Source: a virus (lineage: Duplodnaviria; Caudoviricetes). From it: a stretch of 28,238 nucleotides of DNA. The notes under the pieces were generated by a model. It was not told the DNA's origin, ran no database searches, and saw only the letters and a list, made by a program, of their open reading frames with translations. The position numbers and the translations under genes were made by a program. Shown here piece after piece: positions 1 through 8,166 of this stretch (positions are counted from its first letter, which is position 1; every line of letters starts with the position of its first letter). The DNA lies in IMG/VR virus record IMGVR_UViG_3300020045_005584, positions 1 to 28,238 of that record. One strand, 5' to 3'.

Positions 1-255
1 TTAGAAGGTAAGAAAACATTCGAGGTACGGAAGAATGATCGTGACTATCAAGTAGGGGATACAATAGATTTTCTGCCGCTTGAGAGCGAGACTTTGAATA
101 TATGGGATTACTGGGAGAAGATTCCCGAGTTTCTTATTATCTATGTTCATACTGGATTAGGCATGGAAGATGGATATTGTGTGTTAGGAGTTATTGCGCA
201 TAAAGAAGTAAGCCAGGAAAAACCAGTGTTCACGGACATAGTTGGAGAATTATGA
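1..255 (+). CDS. ASCH/PUA-like (DUF3850-type) protein, 5'-truncated by the window edge
   Basis: Not in the ORF track. Frame 1 reads LEGKKTFEVRKNDRDYQVGD...GMEDGYCVLGV, containing the GxKxxExR-x-NDR-x-YxVGD ASCH signature. The TGA at 253-255 overlaps the next ATG (ATGA). Confidence 0.85.
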   Translation, partial: LEGKKTFEVRKNDRDYQVGDTIDFLPLESETLNIWDYWEKIPEFLIIYVHTGLGMEDGYCVLGVIAHKEVSQEKPVFTDIVGEL

Positions 256-779
256 ACTCAGAAACTTCCCCGACTCAACAAGCAGTCATACTCCTTGCGC
301 TTGCCACTAGCTCATTGATTACAGTTAAAGATTATGATCTTATTCCAGAGTTAAAGACTGTGGTCAATCTAGGGGTAATCAGAATGATGGAGATTATTCA
401 GACCTACCCTACTGAAAAGCGAGAAAATTTTGACCAGACCCCGGTGCTTATGAAGCGGGTCAGCGAGTTGATCAATAAGCCTAAGAGCTGGTTTTTGGTT
501 GAGACAGTCGTTTTCATGGGCAACCGTATCTGCACAGACCTTCTTGCAGAACTCTGCAATCCGGTCAAGCGCAGCCTCATTGAAGAGGCACTGATGATCA
601 ACAACCGGCTTGATGATTTTCTTGATCCTGAAGGGAAAAATGAAGAGGCCAGAGTTGAAGTTGAAGAAATTCTCAAAGAGGTGTACAAAGAGATCGGGTT
701 CGCTCAGGAACTCAGGTACATCCATCACTGGAGAAAACTTCAACGGAGACTCAAGAGGAATGGCCGAGCAAATAGTTGA
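252..779 (+). CDS. hypothetical protein (175 aa)
   Basis: ATGA coupling to the upstream gene, GGAG upstream, fills the operon. No motif recognised. Confidence 0.75.
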   Translation: MNSETSPTQQAVILLALATSSLITVKDYDLIPELKTVVNLGVIRMMEIIQTYPTEKRENFDQTPVLMKRVSELINKPKSWFLVETVVFMGNRICTDLLAELCNPVKRSLIEEALMINNRLDDFLDPEGKNEEARVEVEEILKEVYKEIGFAQELRYIHHWRKLQRRLKRNGRANS

Positions 780-1008
780 CGATGGCAAACGCTACAGAAT
801 ACGGATAGACGGTGTTTCTTATTATGTAGTCTTGACTGACGTATCAATCTCTGTTTCGTATGCTTACGAGAATAGAGAGGAAAATGTAAAGACTCGCACA
901 GTTCTAGAAAAGTTCTGTGAAAAACTTTCAACAATAATGCAGGAGCAAAATAATGTTCAAAAAACTGTGGTCAATGATTCAACAGTTGGAGCAAGCGCAG
1001 GGGTCTAA
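760..1008 (+). CDS. hypothetical protein (82 aa), weak resemblance to a TSCPD-like domain
   Basis: Start reassigned from 610 to ATG 760 (MAEQIVDDGKRYRIRIDG...), which has GGAG/GAGG upstream and avoids a long overlap with the previous gene. Confidence 0.6.
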   Translation: MAEQIVDDGKRYRIRIDGVSYYVVLTDVSISVSYAYENREENVKTRTVLEKFCEKLSTIMQEQNNVQKTVVNDSTVGASAGV

Positions 1009-2284
1009 AGCAAAGTCAGTTCTCCTAAAGAAGTTTGTGGTTGACAAGGATTTCGTTTGGATGGCAAAGAATGCCCTAGACCAGGGGCATTCCTTCGGTG
1101 TAGACGAGTTGCCTGAGTTTCAGCAGGATTTTACATCGGCACCCGATGCCGCTATGATTGAGACTATAGAGAGCCTTAAAGAGACTAAGGGTGTTACTGA
1201 CCTTACACTGGGTTGGTTGTACAAAATGATGTGCTCCAGTGAAGAGCGGTATAATGTTGTATCAAGGATTTTAAGAAAAGACTTACGCTGTGGAGTAGCT
1301 GCCAAGACCATTAACAAGATTGCTCCTGGAGCTATTTTTAGGGTAGGCTATCAGCGCTGTGCTGGAGCAGACTTTGTCAACCGTATAAAATACCCAGCTA
1401 TCCTCCAGCGGAAGGCAAATGGGATGTTTACCTACCATCTCCCTGACGGGAGCTTCATGACCCGCAAAGGCGAGAGATCCTTTATTGAGGGGAACATTAT
1501 TCAGCCTTACGTCTCTAAGTTGCATAACTTCAATGATAAGGTTCGGGCCTATGAACTTGTTGTACTAGAGGAAGACGGCAAGGTTATGGGCCGAGCTAAA
1601 GGAAATGGCCTCATTAATGCCTTCTTTAAAGGCAGCGGAGACCCAGAGGTTGCAAAAAGAATCCGTGCATATACTTGGCTGAGCTTAACTAGAGAAGAGT
1701 TCTATAAAGGCTCTAGTGCGCGTCCTTACTGGGAGATTTGGGAAGAGCTTTCTGCGGCTCTTACAGATAAATCAGCACCAATTCAACCAATAGAGTCTTG
1801 GGGAGTAGGTTCTTTAGAAGAGGCTATGACCATAACCAGGAAACTTATCAGGGACGGGGAAGAGGGAACAGTTCTCAAATCTATGTCTGACGAGTTCTTT
1901 TGGGCTGATGAAGACCCCTCTTACTTTCAGGTAAAATTAAAAGCCAAGGCACAAGGAGAGTTTGTCATTGTAGATGCTTATGAAGGTGACCCTAAGAAGA
2001 AATATGCTGGAATGCTGGGAGGGTTGGTCTGCAGATCTAAAGATGGTGTGATAGTATCCGATTGTGGAATAGGGTTTTCAGATACACAGAGAAAGCTGGG
2101 GGTACCTCACTGGAGAGCTAAAGCAGGTAATATAATGACAGGAGAGTTCTACGGAATTACTGAGCCTGATGATAGCGGAGTTAGAGCACTAGACCACTTT
2201 GTTTTCGTCGAAGAAAGGTTCGATAAGACAGAAGCAGACTCATATGAATATCTTCGAGATACTTTATTGGGAGTTGTGGAATGA
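953..2284 (+). CDS. lig: ATP-dependent DNA ligase, T4 gp30-like
   Basis: N-terminal RILRKDLRCGVAAKTINK; motif I QRKANG; motif IV EEGTVLK; motif V QVKLK; OB-fold CGIGFSD; C-terminal ERFDKTEADS. RBS AGGAG. Confidence 0.9.
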   Translation: MFKKLWSMIQQLEQAQGSKAKSVLLKKFVVDKDFVWMAKNALDQGHSFGVDELPEFQQDFTSAPDAAMIETIESLKETKGVTDLTLGWLYKMMCSSEERYNVVSRILRKDLRCGVAAKTINKIAPGAIFRVGYQRCAGADFVNRIKYPAILQRKANGMFTYHLPDGSFMTRKGERSFIEGNIIQPYVSKLHNFNDKVRAYELVVLEEDGKVMGRAKGNGLINAFFKGSGDPEVAKRIRAYTWLSLTREEFYKGSSARPYWEIWEELSAALTDKSAPIQPIESWGVGSLEEAMTITRKLIRDGEEGTVLKSMSDEFFWADEDPSYFQVKLKAKAQGEFVIVDAYEGDPKKKYAGMLGGLVCRSKDGVIVSDCGIGFSDTQRKLGVPHWRAKAGNIMTGEFYGITEPDDSGVRALDHFVFVEERFDKTEADSYEYLRDTLLGVVE

Positions 2285-2853
2285 AACCATTCGTAATAGG
2301 GTTTATGGGCTATGCTGGAGTAGGCAAAACAACTGTATCGCAAATTCTTCAGACTCTTGCTCCTAATAAAATAGAAATAGCATCATTTGCATCACCATTG
2401 AAGAAGGCTGTTAAAGACTTGTTCTTGTTCTCTGATGAACAAGTCTACGGGACAAAGGAGCAGAAAGAAGAAGTTGACCCTAGATGGGGGGTCAGCTTCA
2501 GAACCGTTGCTCAACTTCTAGGGACTGATTGTTTGCGCAATATGATCTGCAAAGACTTCCATGTCAAGCGGATGGCAGCTTACATAGAGACTGTAGAGAA
2601 GCCAATTGTTGTCATAGATGACATTAGGTTTGATGGAGAAGCAGAACTGGTTAACCAATATGGAAGATGTTTTGAAGTTCAGAGGCCAGGGTTCCCAGAA
2701 GAAAAGGTAAGGCACGAATCAGAGTACCCTCCCATTAACCATGCCTGCGGATACTATGTTCTTAATCAGGCGGAAAGTATTGATAAGCTACAAAGTCAGT
2801 TGCTATCAAACCAATCATATCTGGCAAACTTAATACTGGAGAAACTGAGATGA
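2281..2853 (+). CDS. deoxynucleoside monophosphate (dNMP) kinase
   Basis: P-loop GYAGVGKTT, FASPLK, RTVAQLLGTD, DDIRFDGE and RHESE, all typical of phage dNMP kinases. ATGA-coupled. Confidence 0.9.
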   Translation: MKPFVIGFMGYAGVGKTTVSQILQTLAPNKIEIASFASPLKKAVKDLFLFSDEQVYGTKEQKEEVDPRWGVSFRTVAQLLGTDCLRNMICKDFHVKRMAAYIETVEKPIVVIDDIRFDGEAELVNQYGRCFEVQRPGFPEEKVRHESEYPPINHACGYYVLNQAESIDKLQSQLLSNQSYLANLILEKLR

Positions 2854-3671
2854 AACTTGTTGAGCAAGAAGTAAAAGTTTGTGGAGAGTGCCCTACTGAT
2901 ATTTTAGAGGCAAAGCTATGGATCGAGCGAGCGGGAAGAACCTGTTACAACAGCCCTATGCCTGAAGTATCGAACCCTGATAAGTTCTTGGACAAGGTTA
3001 TGGCTAATGACCCTCCCCATAGCTCAATGTTCGAGCACAGTAATTTGGTGCTTGGTGTTACTGACGATTCTACGTTACATAAATATGCCTCAAAATGGTT
3101 GACTGTTGATGATACCGGAGAGACAGTCTTGTATGGGAACCTGCGCGCATTTATGGAAGTTTTAGAGGTAGACTCAATAGACGGAGCAATAGAATACACT
3201 GCCAAAGACGGAATGTTCCAACTGCCTCAAAAAGCGCACTCAAGAGAGCACAGGCGTGTCACAGTTGAACTCCACACTGACCGCAATGTTCTAGCGGAAA
3301 TTACAAGGCACCGAGATGATGTAGGTTTCTCCGTCAGGTCTCAACGATATGTTGATGAACAAGGGAAAATGGAATTTGTGAAGCCCAGCTGGTGGAATGA
3401 TATGGACTTCATTCAGCAAGAGACATTCATTCTGTCTTGCAAGAATGCTGAACTTAACTACAATACTCTGAGAAAAACTCTCCCTCCTCAACATGCAAGA
3501 GTAGTTCTCAATGGTCAGTGTAAGACAGTTATAGTAATGACTGCGTATCTCCCAGAATGGGACTGGGTCTTTAAACTCAGAAGATCCCCTGCAGCATACC
3601 CTCAGATGAGAGCCTTAATGAACATGGTCTACGATCAATTTGTAGAGCTTGGCTATGCACAAAGCAATTAA
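2850..3671 (+). CDS. thyX: FAD-dependent thymidylate synthase
   Basis: IERAGRTCY, HSSMFEH, ThyX motif RHR-x8-SQRY, ARVVL and LR...AYPQMR. Confidence 0.92.
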   Translation: MKLVEQEVKVCGECPTDILEAKLWIERAGRTCYNSPMPEVSNPDKFLDKVMANDPPHSSMFEHSNLVLGVTDDSTLHKYASKWLTVDDTGETVLYGNLRAFMEVLEVDSIDGAIEYTAKDGMFQLPQKAHSREHRRVTVELHTDRNVLAEITRHRDDVGFSVRSQRYVDEQGKMEFVKPSWWNDMDFIQQETFILSCKNAELNYNTLRKTLPPQHARVVLNGQCKTVIVMTAYLPEWDWVFKLRRSPAAYPQMRALMNMVYDQFVELGYAQSN

Positions 3672-4095
3672 TATTTACCTTACTCCTGAAGTTGAGTCTG
3701 CAGCCTCTGAACAAGAGGTTGCAGACTACATGGGAATTTCACTCCAAACGCTTAGGGATAGGTTAGTGAGGTTTGGAATAGACCATTACCTTACTTACTA
3801 CCCCGGAAACATACCTGCAAGAGTAAGAAGGTTTGCCAGAAGAGGCGGAAAGGATTCTAGGTTAAAAGAGATAAAGAAAGAAGTAAGAGAGCCAATGGAC
3901 TCAAGGTCTGCGCAAGAGTTAGTCATAGTTCTCATAAGGCTATCCCAGAAGCACTATCTTGCCAATGGATGTAAAGAAAGTAAAGCATTCCTCCTTAATG
4001 AAGGAGGAATGCTTGAATGGTATTTAGAGGCTTATCCGAGAATCAATCAAAAAGAGCTGATCCATAGGATGGAAGAGTGGGTGAGGAGTCACTGA
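3655..4095 (+). CDS. hypothetical protein with N-terminal HTH-like segment
   Basis: EQEVADYMGISLQTLRDRL looks like an HTH. Last gene of the + arm. ATG 3655 preferred over TTG 3649. Confidence 0.65.
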   Translation: MHKAINIYLTPEVESAASEQEVADYMGISLQTLRDRLVRFGIDHYLTYYPGNIPARVRRFARRGGKDSRLKEIKKEVREPMDSRSAQELVIVLIRLSQKHYLANGCKESKAFLLNEGGMLEWYLEAYPRINQKELIHRMEEWVRSH

Positions 4096-4276
4096 ACCTT
4101 GGCCAGTTTCCCCCTGAGAGAAAAGGTAGGTACGTTCCGCCAGTCGTTGGCACGGGACACTCCGCCGATTGGCACACGCCGTCACAGTAGTGCCCGCCGG
4201 CTGCGGTGCAAGTTTCGGTTGTGGTGCAGAGGTTTAGGTGCGCGCTATCACACGATGTCGGGCGGATTCGCGAACG
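4043..4276 (-). pseudogene. start-less relic of a Cys-rich, secreted-type protein C-terminus
   Basis: The open frame reads RPTSCDSAHLNLCTTTETCTAAGGHYCDGVCQSAECPVPTTGGTYLPFLSGGNWPRF... with six Cys. There is an in-frame TGA immediately upstream and no start ahead of the Cys module. Confidence 0.5.
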
Positions 4277-4301
4277 TCATATTTAAGGGTGAATGCCGGC
4301 A

Positions 4302-4385
4302 TTATGGTAGGTATACCGAATCTAGGAGCGGCAATTTTTCAAGTTGGTCCTCGATGACTTCAAACGACGGTTCGACTATTTTCAC
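4302..4385 (-). pseudogene. possible 5' fragment of a second thyX-like gene
   Basis: AAAGGT...GTG start giving MKIVEPSFEVIEDQLEKLPLLDSVYLP*. It resembles ThyX N-termini (compare MKLVEQEVKV at 2850) and stops early. Confidence 0.3.
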
Positions 4386-4465
4386 AATTGTGTGACCTTT
4401 CATTTTTTACCCTGGGTAGTCTGCCACAAATTTTTCTACAGCCATGTTTCCACCTTCTGTGCGCT

Positions 4466-4633
4466 TTACTTTCGTCTAGGAGCTATATAAGGCTCCTCTA
4501 GGACAGCAGCTAATACTCTGCAATGCTGTTCCGCCTCAACTACATGCACATCGATGGTGACTTGCGTCATCGCACGTTCCACCACTTCTAGCGCCGTTTT
4601 GTATAAAATACGAACGTCTCTTTCGTTTAGCAT
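4466..4633 (-). CDS. small hypothetical protein (55 aa)
   Basis: Below the ORF-track cutoff. GAGGTG RBS then MLNERDVRILYKTALEVVERAMTQVTIDVHVVEAEQHCRVLAAVLEEPYIAPRRK*. Confidence 0.65.
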   Translation of the reverse strand: MLNERDVRILYKTALEVVERAMTQVTIDVHVVEAEQHCRVLAAVLEEPYIAPRRK

Positions 4634-4725
4634 AATTAATTACACCTCGTCGGGTTGATTCACGGACCATATTTAATATTGAATGTAAGCATTATACTAA
4701 TATGCCCATGTTTCTATGTTTGGTA

Positions 4726-6180
4726 TCACCACGCCCAGCACGATCCATCTGTACGGCGGAGGCATCCGGTGGAGAGGCGGAGGTGTTTGGATGCTGCCCT
4801 ATACTCATAGGCCCCAATATCAGGCTGTGAACCCCTTGGATATCGTCGTATGTCAATAGCTGGGGCAAGCGTGCTTGATCCAGCATCTATAGCCAAAGCT
4901 TCTGATTTTAACCTAAAATCAAAGGCGGCAGAATTTGCGAAGTACGCTGAATAACTGGCTCGGTCGGCTATAATATTGTGATCCTCTGACCCGCTGCCAC
5001 TGACCAGATATATCTGTGGTGCGATGGTATTCCTAACCACATTACCGGTACTTAGTTGGCCGTTTTTGTGGTTCCATATATCCAAAGTACATTGCAGATA
5101 GGTATCTGATGCCCACGGAATAACCATCGTGTTATTGATAAAAAGACTATCTCTTATTCCATACCATCCTGATCCGTGATTTGTACCGGCAATTATCAAA
5201 TTGTTCTCAATTATGAAGTTTATATACCAACCATCAAAACCTCCTATCCCCTGAGTTGGGCCTACAAATGGTTGATTCTCATCTTCATGTGCTATGACTG
5301 TGTTTCCTCTTATTTCAAGTCCTCTAAAGGCATTGGCTAGAACTCCATCTGAAGAAAATTGCATTAAATCAGTATGTACACCGGCTCCCTCGGTAAGGTC
5401 ATAGGCATTTTTTACAGTATTATATTCGATTTTGGAATAACTACTTTGATACCCAAACAACCCATCTGACCTGAAATTTTCAATCGTTGAATTTCTTATT
5501 TCTGAATTAGGGGATGAATTTAATTGCAGACCAGTGTTTATATTATAAATATGTACATTATCTATGATTGATGATTCGGAACGATAGAGTTGGACTCCAC
5601 TGAAAGTGTTATTTGCCCAATCATCAGCCGTGTACCCCTCAACACTTGGGACACTGAAAACCTCACTATCTTTAAGAGTAATATAACTATTAGGGCCTTG
5701 GTAGGAATTATAATCTGCACTAAAAATATAAGCTGGTGCAGTACCGGGAGTTGTGTGACTTGGGCTTATAGATAGCCCTTCAAAAATCCATTTAGAACAA
5801 GCCAGAAGATAAAAACGTCTAAATTTTGGTGTTGCTCCTGGAGCTGCTTTAACTGTTATATAATCAGTGTTTAGGTATTGCTGTATCCAGATGCTTCCGT
5901 GGTAGCCAGAGAGTAAATAGATAGTATCTCCTGCGCGTACTGGTCCGAGCGGGTTTTTAGTAGTGTAAGAATAAGGTTCAGTGGGATTTGTCGTTGAATA
6001 TTGCCTTGTATTTACTTTTCCCGCCGACAATACTCCCTCAAATGTTGACCACGGATGTTCCTGGGAGCCATCATTGCTCATACTCCCATTCACCGGGTCC
6101 ACATAAAAATCAGCGGCATTTGCAAGTGAGGGCAAAAAGGCGAATATAATTAAAAGAATGAACACTTTTTTAATTATCAT
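4726..6180 (-). CDS. secreted right-handed parallel beta-helix (pectin-lyase-like) protein, putative polysaccharide-binding or depolymerase
   Basis: Signal peptide MIIKKVFILLIIFAFLPSLANA; YVDP..GS.SNDGS..HPWST (DUF1565-like start); GDTIYLLSGYH; Asn/Ile beta-helix repeats; HTDLMQF; C-terminal DFRL....AIDAG...DIGAYEY. Confidence 0.85.
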   Translation of the reverse strand: MIIKKVFILLIIFAFLPSLANAADFYVDPVNGSMSNDGSQEHPWSTFEGVLSAGKVNTRQYSTTNPTEPYSYTTKNPLGPVRAGDTIYLLSGYHGSIWIQQYLNTDYITVKAAPGATPKFRRFYLLACSKWIFEGLSISPSHTTPGTAPAYIFSADYNSYQGPNSYITLKDSEVFSVPSVEGYTADDWANNTFSGVQLYRSESSIIDNVHIYNINTGLQLNSSPNSEIRNSTIENFRSDGLFGYQSSYSKIEYNTVKNAYDLTEGAGVHTDLMQFSSDGVLANAFRGLEIRGNTVIAHEDENQPFVGPTQGIGGFDGWYINFIIENNLIIAGTNHGSGWYGIRDSLFINNTMVIPWASDTYLQCTLDIWNHKNGQLSTGNVVRNTIAPQIYLVSGSGSEDHNIIADRASYSAYFANSAAFDFRLKSEALAIDAGSSTLAPAIDIRRYPRGSQPDIGAYEYRAASKHLRLSTGCLRRTDGSCWAW

Positions 6181-6839
6181 TCAACCACCTCTACATTATC
6201 AAGGTTCAAGGTTATCCCAGAACCACTAGTGTTTGAGAGGCCAATTTTCCTAGCTTCAGTTTGGCTTTGCCCAGTTAGTAACGATACTGCTGCGGCAGTT
6301 GGTCTAGTTTCCGACCCTGTATATGCAGCAAATCTCCCTTCAACAACAGCATTACCCCCTGTCCCTGGTAGATAGCGTATCCATACACGAGTTTTGCCCG
6401 TTGCTAATGATGTCACGCTGGTAGCGTTTGGCGTCCCGCATGTTACTTTCAGTGTCATTGACACGAATTGCCAGCCCATAACATATTCGCCCGATCCGTT
6501 TATTAAACCACCTGCATATTTCGTACTGGTGTTGGCGCTTGGAAAATTGACTACAAATGTTATTTCTCTTATGTTTCGACCTATATCATCGGATAATACC
6601 GATGAGGATAAAGGCAGCGCCAAGCTCTGTCCCGAGACAACCACAGTTGCACTATCTGGATTAGGTGATCCGGCTGCGGTTGCCCATGTGTGATCGTACC
6701 CTACTGTCGTGTTGAAGGTCTCGACCCATGATGGAGCCCCACTCATCGAAGCAATTACCCCAATAAACCCAGGAGGAAACGCCCACGCGCAACTCGCCCA
6801 CAAACACAAGATGATTGATAAGGTATAGCGATTAATCAT
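6177..6839 (-). CDS. secreted beta-sandwich (concanavalin/LamG-like?) protein, 220 aa
   Basis: Start reassigned to ATG 6839, which overlaps the upstream stop region and has GGAGGG upstream. Signal peptide MINRYTLSIILCLWASCAWA|FPP; beta-rich; ends LNLDNVEVVE. Confidence 0.7.
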   Translation of the reverse strand: MINRYTLSIILCLWASCAWAFPPGFIGVIASMSGAPSWVETFNTTVGYDHTWATAAGSPNPDSATVVVSGQSLALPLSSSVLSDDIGRNIREITFVVNFPSANTSTKYAGGLINGSGEYVMGWQFVSMTLKVTCGTPNATSVTSLATGKTRVWIRYLPGTGGNAVVEGRFAAYTGSETRPTAAAVSLLTGQSQTEARKIGLSNTSGSGITLNLDNVEVVE

Positions 6840-8088
6840 GAAGCCCTCCCCCGGCCACAGGGCCACACAAAGGGTTCCCCGAGGCGAGCACAAAACAAAA
6901 GAATGATAACCTTTTGCTCGTTGTAGTCGCCAGCACAGTAGGCGCAGTCCCCGATAACCAGGTGATCCCAGAATTGGCCAGCGTTGCGGTGTAAGTGGTA
7001 TCTCCGCCGATGGTGACAATCACCCCCCGCTCTTCCCCTGCTGCCGGTGGAGACGTTACGACCAGTGTGTAAGTGGCGTTGGCGGCCGTATCTTTAAAAT
7101 AATAGTGGTCGGCACTCACGCCGTCGATATTGATGTTTCCAGTTGGAGTTGTGGCTGAACCGCCTACAGGATAGGTTGCTCCGATTACCGATGGGGTGGT
7201 AATAGTGGGGGAGGTGTCAAAAACTATCCCACCTGTCCCAGTATCCCCAGTAATGGCGGTTGCAAAATTAGCGCTGCTAGGAGTGGCGATGAAGGCAGCA
7301 ACTCCCGTGCCTGGCGTAACCCCCGCCCATGTGGTAAGGTCTGCATCGTAGGCTTGATACGAGTTTGCTGTGATTGACAACACACCCGTAGTCTCATTGA
7401 GGTCTAACGGGGACGAGACGGACAGTGTAGGTCCTGCCCCCATAGTTGCAGTTATTTCGTCATCGACGTACTTCTTAGGAACAGGGTGATAATCACCCGT
7501 AGGTGTAAAAGCAGTCGTGTTGGTCTTTGAAAGAACGGAACTGGTCAAGGCATAGCCACTCAAATCCTGATCGCCGGTGTTCGTACCGCTCAGGCTTCCA
7601 AGTTTTATCTTTTCGGCATCGGTGACATAATTGTCATCCGTACCGAGTGGTGCGGCGAAAACTCCAGTAAGGGAGGCCCATGCCCCATTCCGGGAGGCAT
7701 AATATGCTCCATCACTAGCTGCGTGTGAAATGCCTCCACTACTGATCCCTGTAACCGTGGCCCCTGTGAAGTCCCATTCACCAGTAACGATGTAGTCACC
7801 TGCGGTATCAAACCCGGTTGGCCAGTCAAGAGCGAAGCAAGCATTGAATGCAGTGCTGTCGGCAAAACATGAAACTGCCGCTTTTCCGGTTTCCGCAGCC
7901 GCAACTCGTGTCTCGTGGTCAAGGCGGTTAGCCTCAATAACGCCCAACTTTGTATTGGTTGCTACGCGTAGATTGTCGATGGATGTGGTCGAACTATTGA
8001 ACTTGTCAATGGTTGTTGTTGGCGTCTGTGCGGCAACGACAAGAGCTGGCGAGACGCACAGCGCGATTGCTAAAAATATCTTCTTCAT
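6832..8088 (-). CDS. fibre-like protein with N-terminal signal peptide
   Basis: MKKIFLAIALCVSPALVVA|AQT; short coiled-coil; phage fibre-type segments NYVTDAEK..LSGTNTGDQDLSGY, YQAYDADLTTWAG and TPSSANFATAITGDTGTGGIVF; C-terminal ITWLSGTAPT domain. RBS GAGGGG. Confidence 0.75.
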   Translation of the reverse strand: MKKIFLAIALCVSPALVVAAQTPTTTIDKFNSSTTSIDNLRVATNTKLGVIEANRLDHETRVAAAETGKAAVSCFADSTAFNACFALDWPTGFDTAGDYIVTGEWDFTGATVTGISSGGISHAASDGAYYASRNGAWASLTGVFAAPLGTDDNYVTDAEKIKLGSLSGTNTGDQDLSGYALTSSVLSKTNTTAFTPTGDYHPVPKKYVDDEITATMGAGPTLSVSSPLDLNETTGVLSITANSYQAYDADLTTWAGVTPGTGVAAFIATPSSANFATAITGDTGTGGIVFDTSPTITTPSVIGATYPVGGSATTPTGNINIDGVSADHYYFKDTAANATYTLVVTSPPAAGEERGVIVTIGGDTTYTATLANSGITWLSGTAPTVLATTTSKRLSFFCFVLASGNPLCGPVAGGGLHD

Positions 8089-8097
8089 ATCCCCTCT

Positions 8098-8166
8098 TTA
8101 AATGTATGCTTTATAGGCGCAAGCTACAGCCAGGACCATAAACGTGATGACCAATGCCTGGTTCAT
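8098..8166 (-). CDS. putative 22-aa single-transmembrane micropeptide
   Basis: MNQALVITFMVLAVACAYKAYI*. ATGA overlap with the upstream stop, GAGG upstream, and the stop abuts the RBS of the next gene. Confidence 0.5.
   Translation of the reverse strand: MNQALVITFMVLAVACAYKAYI

Noticed and set aside
2281-3671. DNA hypermodification pathway
   Set aside because: dNMP kinase plus ThyX is ordinary dTTP supply; no hydroxymethylase, glycosyltransferase or base-modification genes seen.
4099-4395. 98-aa + strand ORF after the HTH gene
   Set aside because: TTG start and Arg/Ser-rich low-quality sequence; the opposite strand gives more protein-like fragments.
4478-4497. AGGAGC/GCTCCT hairpin as a bidirectional terminator at the arm junction
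   Set aside because: Short stem, no U-tract on either side, and it lies inside the 55-aa ORF.
4691-4720. Promoter from TATAAT on the - strand upstream of the 55-aa gene
   Set aside because: Perfect -10 but no convincing -35 at 16-18 nt; insufficient support.
6840-7019. 60-aa N-terminal extension of the 280-aa ORF (likewise extensions at 22211-22246, 8734-8760 and 610-759)
   Set aside because: These overlap upstream genes or a terminator; downstream starts have an RBS or stop-start coupling and, at 6839, expose a signal peptide.
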